From assembly GCF_022846255.1 (NCBI RefSeq), contig NZ_AP025682.1: a DNA stretch of 64,000 bases; one strand, written 5' to 3'. The notes beneath the pieces were generated by a model that made no database searches, was not told the DNA's origin, and saw nothing but the letters and a program-made list of their open reading frames with translations. Each line of letters begins with the position of its first letter. Positions within the stretch are counted from its first letter, which is position 1. Below, piece after piece: positions 33,844 through 43,599 of this stretch. The DNA comes from Escherichia coli. Its GTDB lineage: Bacteria; Pseudomonadota; Gammaproteobacteria; Enterobacterales; Enterobacteriaceae. The position numbers and the translations under genes are program-made.

Positions 33844-34635
33844 TTACATCGCGTTCAGACGTTTTTGCGCCTGTTTAGCGCCATCAGTACCAGGGTATTT
33901 ACTGATAACCTGCTGGTATACGGCTTTCGCTTTTGCGGTGTCACCTTTGTCCTGCATGATGACGCCGACTTTAAACATCGCATCTGCAGCCTTCGGTGAC
34001 TTCGGATAGTTTTTCACTACCGAAGCAAAATAATACGCCGCATCATCTTTTTTACCCTTGTTGTAGTTTAACTGACCCAGCCAATAATTGGCGTTTGGCA
34101 GGTAAGTTGAATCAGGGTAATTTTTGATGAAATTCTGAAATGCCACCATTGCGTCATCCTGGCGGGATTTATCCTGCACCAGCGCAATAGCTGCATTGTA
34201 ATCCGTGTTTGCATCACCGCTTTTCACCGGCGCGCCAGCATTCGCAGTACCAGCATCAGCTGTCGGCGTCGTTGATGCCGCCACACCGCTTTGATCGCCG
34301 CTGGTTGATTGCGCCGCTGCACCACCGCTGCTGAGGCTGTCGATCTGCAACAGGATCTGCTTTTGCCGCTCCACGACCTGATTCAGTTGATACTGATTTT
34401 CCTGAATCTGACCACGCAGGGAATCAATATCGGATTGATTATCAGAGAGTTGTTGCTGGAGTTGGGTTAAAAGCTGGCTGTGAGCATTAGAAATACGCTC
34501 AAGTTGAGTGACGCGGTCTTCGACCGAGCCTGAGCCGACACTACTGATTGGTGCCTGAGCAAAAGCGGCCCAGGGGGCCGCTATACCAACCAGTAACGAC
34601 AGACTCAATAGTTGATGTCTGAAGTTACTGCTCAT
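33844..34635 (-). CDS. cpoB: Cell-division coordinator CpoB (YbgF), coiled-coil plus TPR
   Basis: 263 aa; signal peptide, Gln-rich coiled coil, C-terminal TPR; last gene of tol-pal cluster. Confidence 0.92.
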   Translation of the reverse strand: MSSNFRHQLLSLSLLVGIAAPWAAFAQAPISSVGSGSVEDRVTQLERISNAHSQLLTQLQQQLSDNQSDIDSLRGQIQENQYQLNQVVERQKQILLQIDSLSSGGAAAQSTSGDQSGVAASTTPTADAGTANAGAPVKSGDANTDYNAAIALVQDKSRQDDAMVAFQNFIKNYPDSTYLPNANYWLGQLNYNKGKKDDAAYYFASVVKNYPKSPKAADAMFKVGVIMQDKGDTAKAKAVYQQVISKYPGTDGAKQAQKRLNAM

Positions 34636-34644
34636 GCAATTCTC

Positions 34645-35190
<546 letters not shown>

Positions 35191-35200
35191 TTAATTATTA

Positions 35201-36493
35201 TCACAGATACGGCGACCAGGCAGGGAATTTGACCTGTCCATCAGTTGCCGGAAGACGCGCTTTGAAACGCCCATCTGTAGAAACCAAATTCAGCACGGAT
35301 CCCATCCCCTGAGAAGAGCTGTAGATTACCATAGTGCCGTTAGGTGCCAGACTTGGCGTTTCATCCAGGAACGTGGACGACAGAACTTGTACGCCTCCCG
35401 TTGCCAGATCTTGTTTGGCAATGTGCTGCTGCCCACCGTTGGAGCTGACCATTACCATAAATTTACCGTCGCTGCTGACATCCGCATCCTGGTTCTGCGA
35501 ACCTTCCCAGGTAATACGTTGTGGCGCACCGCCGTTGATATTCACTTTATAAACCTGCGGACGACCGGCCTGGTCAGAAGTAAATGCCAGGTTCTGGCTG
35601 TCCGGGAACCAAGTCGGTTCGGTATTGTTACTGCGACCATCAGTTACCTGGCGGATCTGACCAGAAGCCAAATCCATTACGTACAGGTTCAGGCTACCGG
35701 TTTTCGACAAGGCGAATGCCAGTTTGCTGCCGTCTGGCGAGAATGCAGGTGCACCGTTGTGACGCGGGAATGAAGCCACCTGACGTACAGCGCCATTTGC
35801 CAGCGTCTGAATAACCAGCGCGGAACGACCGCTTTCGAAGGTCACATAAGCCAGTTTAGAACCGTCTGGTGACCACGCCGGAGACATCAGCGGTTGCGGT
35901 GAACGGTGAACGACAAACTGGTTGTAACCGTCATAGTCAGATACGCGCAGTTCATACGGGAACTGACCGCCGTTAGTCTGAACAACGTAGGCAATACGGG
36001 TACGGAACGCACCTTTAATACCGGTCAGTTTTTCAAATACTTCGTCACTGGCGGTATGACCTGCATAACGCAGCCACTGCTTGTTCACTTTGTACGAGTT
36101 CTGAGCAAGTACAGTACCCGGTGCGCCGCCAGTGTCAACAAGTTGATAAGCGACATTGTAAGAACCATCCGGATTCGGAGTGACCTGACCGACAACCACA
36201 GCGTCAATGCCCAGCGCGGACCATGCAGCTGGTTGTACTTCCTGCGCACTACCCGGCTGCTGTGGCAGACGAGCACGATCTAACGGATTAAATTTACCGC
36301 TGTTACGCAAGTCAGCAGCAACGATGCCGCCAATATCTTCAGGTGCCGCACCAGGCCCCGCCCACTGGAAAGGAACAACACCAATAGGACGACCGGAATC
36401 TACACCGCTGTCGATCACAATGCGGACTTCAGCATGCAGAACTGATGCCCACAGTATGAGAAAACCAAATGCTACTCGTAATGCCTGCTTCAT
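35201..36493 (-). CDS. tolB: Tol-Pal system periplasmic beta-propeller protein
   Basis: 430 aa from [24 protein letters not shown]-track ORF has one extra Met. Confidence 0.93.
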   Translation of the reverse strand: MKQALRVAFGFLILWASVLHAEVRIVIDSGVDSGRPIGVVPFQWAGPGAAPEDIGGIVAADLRNSGKFNPLDRARLPQQPGSAQEVQPAAWSALGIDAVVVGQVTPNPDGSYNVAYQLVDTGGAPGTVLAQNSYKVNKQWLRYAGHTASDEVFEKLTGIKGAFRTRIAYVVQTNGGQFPYELRVSDYDGYNQFVVHRSPQPLMSPAWSPDGSKLAYVTFESGRSALVIQTLANGAVRQVASFPRHNGAPAFSPDGSKLAFALSKTGSLNLYVMDLASGQIRQVTDGRSNNTEPTWFPDSQNLAFTSDQAGRPQVYKVNINGGAPQRITWEGSQNQDADVSSDGKFMVMVSSNGGQQHIAKQDLATGGVQVLSSTFLDETPSLAPNGTMVIYSSSQGMGSVLNLVSTDGRFKARLPATDGQVKFPAWSPYL

Positions 36494-36625
36494 CATATCT
36501 CCCTTATCTGGACCGATGGCCCACGATAATTTAGCAGAATGTTAACAAACTAAAATACACAAAACTACCAGAACCCCGTGGCAACCGGTGCCTGATGTTG
36601 ACCGTCGGAACAGTCAACATCGCGA

Positions 36626-37891
36626 TTACGGTTTGAAGTCCAATGGCGCGTTTTTGAACACTTCATATACTGCCTGGCTTGGTGGTTTCGGGATCTTCGC
36701 AAGTTTAGCTGCTGCCAACGCAGCCTGACAAAGTGCGGGATCGCCACCTTCAGGTTTGATATCCAGTAACATACCATCGGGTGCCAGTTTTATGCGCAGC
36801 GTACAGGTTTTGCCTGCATAGGACGATGCGTCATAGAACTTACTTTCGATAGCAGATTTAATCTGCCCGGCATAGTTATTGATATCGGCCCCTGATGCGC
36901 CATTGTTTTTAGTATTACCACTCCCGGCTGGCGAAGCATTGTTCCCTTTCGCCCCTCCCCCCGTTTTCGGTGCATTCTTACCAGAGCTTAGCTCACCGAA
37001 AATATCATCTGCCTCTGCGGCAGCTTTTGCTGCAGCGGCTTTTTCAGCTGCTGCTTTTGCCGCTGCCGCTTTTTTGTCTGCGGCGGCTTTTTCTGCCGCT
37101 GCTTTCTTATCAGCTGCTGCCTTTTCAGCAGCCGCTTTTTCTGCTGCTTTTTTGTCGGCTGCCGCTTTCTCTGCTGCCGCTTTCTTATCAGCTGCAGCCT
37201 TTTCAGCAGCCGCTTTCTTCTCAGCTTCTGCTTTGGCTTTTTCAGCAGCTTCAGTTGCCGCTTTCTTTCTTGCTTCAGCTGCAGCTGCTTCTGCCGCTTC
37301 CGCTTTCTTCTTCAGTGCCGCCGCGGCTGCCTCGGCTTTTTTCTGCGCTTCGGCTGCGGCTTTGGCGGCTTCTGCTTCTGCTTTTTTCTTCGCGTCTGCA
37401 GCCGCTTTCTTCGCTGCTTCTTCCGCAGCTTTTGCATCCGCTTCAGCCTTCGCTTTAGCATCTGCCGCCGCTTTCGCTGCCGCTTCTTCCGCTTGCTTCT
37501 GCTTTAACTCGGCCTGTTTTGCGGCTTCTTCAGCCTGCTTTTTCTGTTCCTGAGCCGCTAACCGCTCTTTCTCAAGTTGCTTCAGGCGTTCCTGTTCAGC
37601 CGCTTGTTTCTCACGCAGTTCTTCAGCAGCCTGCTGTTCCTTCATCTTGCGCTGCTCATCAGAACGCTTCGCGCTTGATTCCTGGCTTTGCATGCGTTTG
37701 TACTGCTCAACTACCGCACCTGAATCAACCATGACAGCGTCGATGGACGAACCACCGCCGCCTCCGGCTGAAGCTTCTATATTCTCATCGAACGAACTCC
37801 AGATCAGCGCCGCAAATAAGATGACATGCAGCACTGCTGAAATAATTATCGCCCGTTTGAGCTTGTCGTTTTGTTCGGTTGCCTTTGACAC
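36626..37891 (-). CDS. tolA: Tol-Pal system protein TolA
   Basis: 421 aa; N-terminal TM, long Ala/Lys/Glu-rich helical domain II, C-terminal domain III. Confidence 0.93.
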   Translation of the reverse strand: MSKATEQNDKLKRAIIISAVLHVILFAALIWSSFDENIEASAGGGGGSSIDAVMVDSGAVVEQYKRMQSQESSAKRSDEQRKMKEQQAAEELREKQAAEQERLKQLEKERLAAQEQKKQAEEAAKQAELKQKQAEEAAAKAAADAKAKAEADAKAAEEAAKKAAADAKKKAEAEAAKAAAEAQKKAEAAAAALKKKAEAAEAAAAEARKKAATEAAEKAKAEAEKKAAAEKAAADKKAAAEKAAADKKAAEKAAAEKAAADKKAAAEKAAADKKAAAAKAAAEKAAAAKAAAEADDIFGELSSGKNAPKTGGGAKGNNASPAGSGNTKNNGASGADINNYAGQIKSAIESKFYDASSYAGKTCTLRIKLAPDGMLLDIKPEGGDPALCQAALAAAKLAKIPKPPSQAVYEVFKNAPLDFKP

Positions 37892-37955
37892 TCTCGGTTT
37901 CCAAAAACTGTTCGCCTGTTACCCGCTCTCTTTCAAGCAAGGGAAACGCAGATGT

Positions 37956-38384
37956 TTAGATAGGCTGCGTCATTAAACCAACCGATTTCACACCCGCACT
38001 ATGTAACAAGTTCAGTGCTTTAATTATTTCATCGTAAGGCACATCTTTTGCGCCACCGATCAGAAAGACCGTTTTCGGGTTGGCCTTGAAACGGCTGGAC
38101 ACTTCCGCCACCACCTGCTCTGGTGGTAAACGCTCCAGACGATCTTTCTCAACCACCACGGTGTACTGACCAATACCAGACACTTCAACAATCACTGGCG
38201 GATTATCGTTACTGCTCACCGCCTGTGATTCAGTAGCGTCTGGCAGATCGACCTCCACGCTCTGGGTGATGATGGGCGCTGTCGCCATAAAGATCAGCAA
38301 CAGCACCAGCAGTACGTCCAGCAACGGTACAATGTTGATTTCGGACTTGAGATCGCGACGACCTCGTCCACGCGCTCTGGCCAT
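37956..38384 (-). CDS. tolR: Tol-Pal system protein TolR
   Basis: 142 aa, single TM, ExbD/TolR family. Confidence 0.93.
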   Translation of the reverse strand: MARARGRGRRDLKSEINIVPLLDVLLVLLLIFMATAPIITQSVEVDLPDATESQAVSSNDNPPVIVEVSGIGQYTVVVEKDRLERLPPEQVVAEVSSRFKANPKTVFLIGGAKDVPYDEIIKALNLLHSAGVKSVGLMTQPI

Positions 38385-38387
38385 GGC

Positions 38388-39481
<1,094 letters not shown>

Positions 39482-39630
39482 TTTACATCCCGGTAATGCA
39501 ACAAAAGTTAGAGCTTTTAAACGCTGCTACTATACGCGCGCGATTGAGGTTTGGGAATGAGGGCAAGTTAAGGGAGCGTAAAAATTTATGGGCCTGACTC
39601 GGCCCATAAATTTTTAAAGAGAATTCTGAT

Positions 39631-39924
39631 TTAAAAGAAGAAGAAAATCAGCCCGACAATGAGAACAATATCGGCAAGCAATGGGCAAAAAATCCCTTGC
39701 CAGAGAACCTTCTGCGGACGAAAGCCCACGCCGTGAATCACACCAGCACAGACGGCCCACATAAGCAGTAAACCATGCCAGATTTCCAGTTCACTGGTCT
39801 TCGCGGCGAAACGTGATGGGTCCCAAAACATACATCCTGCTAACAGAAGTGCCATCACGAAGGAAAGCGCCCGCAGGGGGCGCTTGTCCATTACCGCATA
39901 CAAGGTTGCGATAATCTTACTCAT
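39631..39924 (-). CDS. ybgE: Small membrane protein of cyd operon
   Basis: 97 aa hydrophobic ORF; start ATG overlaps cydX stop (ATGA). Confidence 0.85.
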   Translation of the reverse strand: MSKIIATLYAVMDKRPLRALSFVMALLLAGCMFWDPSRFAAKTSELEIWHGLLLMWAVCAGVIHGVGFRPQKVLWQGIFCPLLADIVLIVGLIFFFF

Positions 39925-40037
39925 CAGATGTCTTCTTGACCGGCTTTGCCTGATTCGACGTGCTCAAGCGCCAGCGCGGTGATTACCCCAAACGAACAGG
40001 CAAGAAGCGTTCCCAGAATCCATGCGAAATACCACAT
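39924..40037 (-). CDS. cydX: CydX, 37 aa cytochrome bd-I small subunit (not in ORF track)
   Basis: Hand translation MWYFAWILGTLLACSFGVITALALEHVESGKAGQEDI, 14 bp downstream of cydB stop. Confidence 0.85.
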   Translation of the reverse strand: MWYFAWILGTLLACSFGVITALALEHVESGKAGQEDI

Positions 40038-40051
40038 TTTTAGCTCCTTAC

Positions 40052-41191
40052 TTAGTACAGAGAGTGGGTGTTACGTTCAATATCTTCTTTGGTGATACGA
40101 CCGAACATTTTCCAGTAACACCAGGCGGTGTAGAGCAGAATGATCGGTACCAGAACCACCGCAACCCAGGTCATGACGTTAAGCGTCAGCTGGCTGGAAG
40201 TTGCATCCCACATTGTCAGACTTGCGTTCATCATGGTGCTGGACGGCATCACAAACGGGAACATTGCGATACCGGCAGTCAGGATGATGCAGGCCAGCGT
40301 CAGGGAGGAGAACACAAACGCCCACGCGGCTTTATCCATACGTGCAGTCAGGATGGTCAGCAGCGGCAGAACCACACCCAGTGCCGGAATAGCCCACAGA
40401 ATTGGCGTGTTGTTGAAGTTAACCAGCCATGCGCCAGCTTCACGAACCACTTCTTTATTCAGCGGGTTAGAGGCTGCGTAATGGTCCATTGTCGATTTCA
40501 CGACATAACCATCGATACCGTACATCACCCATACGCCAGCCAGTGCGAAGCAGACCAGCGTCACCAGTGCCGCCACCTGAGCCGTTGCACGGGTACGCAG
40601 GTGCAGTTCGCCCACGGTACGCATTTGCAGATAGGTTGCGCCCTGAGTAATGATCATCCCTACGCTCACCACACCTGCCAGCAGGCCGAACGGGTTAAGC
40701 AGCTGGAAGAAGTTACCGGTGTAGTACAGACGCAGATATTCATCAACGTTGAATGGTACGCCCTGCAACAGGTTACCGAACGCTACACCAATCACCAGCG
40801 GCGGAACGAAGCTACCAATGAAGATGCCCCAGTCCCACATGTTACGCCAGCGGGTTTCTTCAATCTTGGAGCGGTAATCAAAACCGACCGGACGGAAGAA
40901 CAAAGACGCCAGCACGAGGATCATCGCCACATAGAAGCCGGAGAACGCAGCGGCATAGACCATCGGCCAGGCAGCAAACAGTGCGCCGCCTGCGGTGATC
41001 AGCCAAACCTGGTTACCGTCCCAGTGTGGTGCGATGGAGTTAATCATAATTCGACGCTCGGTGTCGTTACGACCGAGGAAACGGGTGAGCATGCCCACCC
41101 CCATGTCGAAACCGTCAGTGACTGCAAAACCAATCAGCAGAACGCCAACCAGCAGCCACCAGATAAAACGCAATACTTCATAATCGATCAT
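40052..41191 (-). CDS. cydB: Cytochrome bd-I ubiquinol oxidase subunit II
   Basis: 379 aa polytopic membrane ORF. Confidence 0.93.
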   Translation of the reverse strand: MIDYEVLRFIWWLLVGVLLIGFAVTDGFDMGVGMLTRFLGRNDTERRIMINSIAPHWDGNQVWLITAGGALFAAWPMVYAAAFSGFYVAMILVLASLFFRPVGFDYRSKIEETRWRNMWDWGIFIGSFVPPLVIGVAFGNLLQGVPFNVDEYLRLYYTGNFFQLLNPFGLLAGVVSVGMIITQGATYLQMRTVGELHLRTRATAQVAALVTLVCFALAGVWVMYGIDGYVVKSTMDHYAASNPLNKEVVREAGAWLVNFNNTPILWAIPALGVVLPLLTILTARMDKAAWAFVFSSLTLACIILTAGIAMFPFVMPSSTMMNASLTMWDATSSQLTLNVMTWVAVVLVPIILLYTAWCYWKMFGRITKEDIERNTHSLY

Positions 41192-41206
41192 TTGACGACT
41201 CCTGTC

Positions 41207-42775
41207 TTAGCGTGCCGGCTGAGTAGTCGTGGAAGACTGCTCAAAGTGATAGCGACCGGTTTTCAGGCTGCTTGGGCCGAGGCGTGCAAACTTGAACATT
41301 AAGAACAATTCTGCCACCAGGAACAGGGTATACAGGCCGCAAATCAGCACCATTGAGAAGATGAGATCGCCTGCGGTCAGTGACGAGTTCGCCACAGCTG
41401 TCGGCAGCACTTCACCGATAGCCCACGGTTGGCGGCCATATTCAGCCACGAACCAGCCCGCTTCTACAGCAATCCACGGCAGCGGAATACCGTACAGCGC
41501 GGCGCGCAGCAGCCATTTTTTCTCGCCAATGCGGTTGCGGATGACACTCCAGAAAGAGAGCGCAATGATTGCCAGCAGCAGGAAGCCACACGCCACCATG
41601 ATACGGAACGCGAAGTACAGCGGCGCTACACGCGGAATGGAGTCTTTGGTTGCCTGTTGAATCTGAGCTTCAGTCGCATCAGCCACGTTTGGCGTATAGC
41701 GTTTCAGCAGCAGACCGTAACCGAGATCTTTCTTCATGCTATTGAACTGGTCACGAACGGCCTGGTCGGTAGAACCAGAACGCAGTTGTTCGAGCAGAGA
41801 GTACGCCTTCATCCCGTTACGAATGCGTTCTTCATGCTGCACCATCAGTTCTTTCAGGCCGATAACTGGAGTATCCACGGAACGCGTTGCAATGATGCCC
41901 AGCGCGTAAGGGATCTGGATCGCAAATTTGTTCGTCTCCTCTTCCTGATCAGGAATGCCGAACAGAGTAAAGGCAGCAGGTGCAGGTTGCGTTTCCCACT
42001 CGGCTTCGATAGCAGCCAGTTTGGTTTTCTGCACGTCGCCCATTTCGTAACCGGATTCATCACCCAGAACAATAACAGACAGAACGGCAGCCATACCGAA
42101 GCTGGCAGCGATAGCAAAGGAGCGTTTAGCGAAGGCGAAGTCACGACCTTTCAGCATATACCATGCGCTGATACCGAGGATGAACATCGCGCCAGTCACA
42201 TAACCAGAAGCTACGGTGTGAACGAATTTCACCTGAGCAACCGGGTTAAGCACCAGCTCGGAGAAGCTCACCATCTCCATACGCATAGTTTCAAAGTTGA
42301 AATCGGACGCGATTGGGTTTTGCATCCAGCCGTTTGCAACCAGAATCCACAGTGCGGACAGGTTTGAACCGAGCGCCACCAGCCAGGTGACACACATATG
42401 CTGAACTTTACCCAGACGATCCCAACCGAAGAAGAACAGACCTACAAAGGTGGATTCGAGGAAGAAGGCCATCAGACCTTCGATTGCCAGCGGCGCACCG
42501 AAGATATCCCCTACATAGTGGGAATAGTAAGACCAGTTAGTCCCGAACTGGAACTCCATGGTCAGACCGGTAGCCACACCCAGAGCAAAGTTGATACCAA
42601 ACAACTTGCCCCAGAACTTGGTCATATCTTTATAAATCTGTTTGCCGGAAAGGACGTAGACCGTTTCCATAATGGCCAGCAGGAACGCCATACCGAGCGT
42701 CAGTGGCACAAAAAGGAAGTGGTACATCGCGGTCAAGGCAAACTGTAAGCGCGACAGTTCGACTATATCTAACAT
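41207..42775 (-). CDS. cydA: Cytochrome bd-I ubiquinol oxidase subunit I
   Basis: 522 aa from [26 protein letters not shown]-track ORF has one extra Met. Confidence 0.93.
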
Positions 42776-43060
42776 CATGACTCCTTGCTCATCGCATGAA
42801 GACTCCGAGAGTGAACCCCGTTAGAAAGGGTCACACGCATGCCCCAATACAAAATTATTTGCTCGCCTCTATCGTTGCCATTTCATCAAAAGAGGAAAAG
42901 ACAATGATAAAAAAGTTACAAATGTGTTAATGAATAAACCAAATTGATCCCGTAATTATATTACGCCGCAAAATCCTTACAATAAACAGGTTTTTATTGA
43001 GCAAATTTGCATTTTTCGACAGTGATCAATTTATAGCGAAATTGTCACGATCTCACCAAT

Positions 43061-43126
43061 TTGATCTACAACAATTTATCGTGTTTTGCAGATTTTTTTC
43101 AAGAATTAAAAATTGATTTATATCAA
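43061..43126. promoter_or_regulatory. Two FNR-type boxes (TTGAT-N4-AACAA and TTGAT-N4-ATCAA) with centres 52 bp apart, cydAB regulatory region
   Basis: ttgatctacaacaa (43061-43074) and ttgatttatatcaa (43113-43126); spacing fits the remembered FNR-1/FNR-2 arrangement at cyd P1. Confidence 0.6.
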
Positions 43127-43599
43127 AATCAACCACATATGTTAATTATGTGTGAATCATGAGCCACTGGTAACTTTATTGTTAATTTATTGTAACAAAA
43201 CAGCACGGTAAATTACCCACATGGAAATATATAGATAAAAAACCAGTATTTTATTTAACAAAGCCGCTTTATCGACTTTTTATAATACTAATTAGTTAGA
43301 GTAGCTACTTTATTGCCATTTTACATAACATATTTTTATCAACGTTAATTGATTGTTGTCTTTATGAGCAACGTACTGTAAATCCGTCACTTATTGTTTC
43401 ATTGGTAATAATCACAAGAAGAAATAGATACCTTAGGTATAGTCAGATGGAACAAGGATTTTTAAAATAAAATATATATGGTATTAATATTTCCCGATCT
43501 GTATTCAATGATTCGCTCAAAGATTGAAAATCAAGAGAAATTGTTATAGCAGTGATACGAAACAACAAAACGGAATGATTGCCAGCCGTTAGAAAACAC

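Noticed and set aside
36879-37553. 224 aa and 162 aa Ala/Leu/Ser-rich ORFs on the plus strand
   Set aside because: Artefacts of the repetitive tolA domain II coding tract read in other frames.
40022-42367. 426 aa and 312 aa plus-strand ORFs over cydB and cydA
   Set aside because: Antisense to cydB/cydA membrane-protein genes; His/Gln/Arg-rich translations with no membrane or enzymatic hallmarks.
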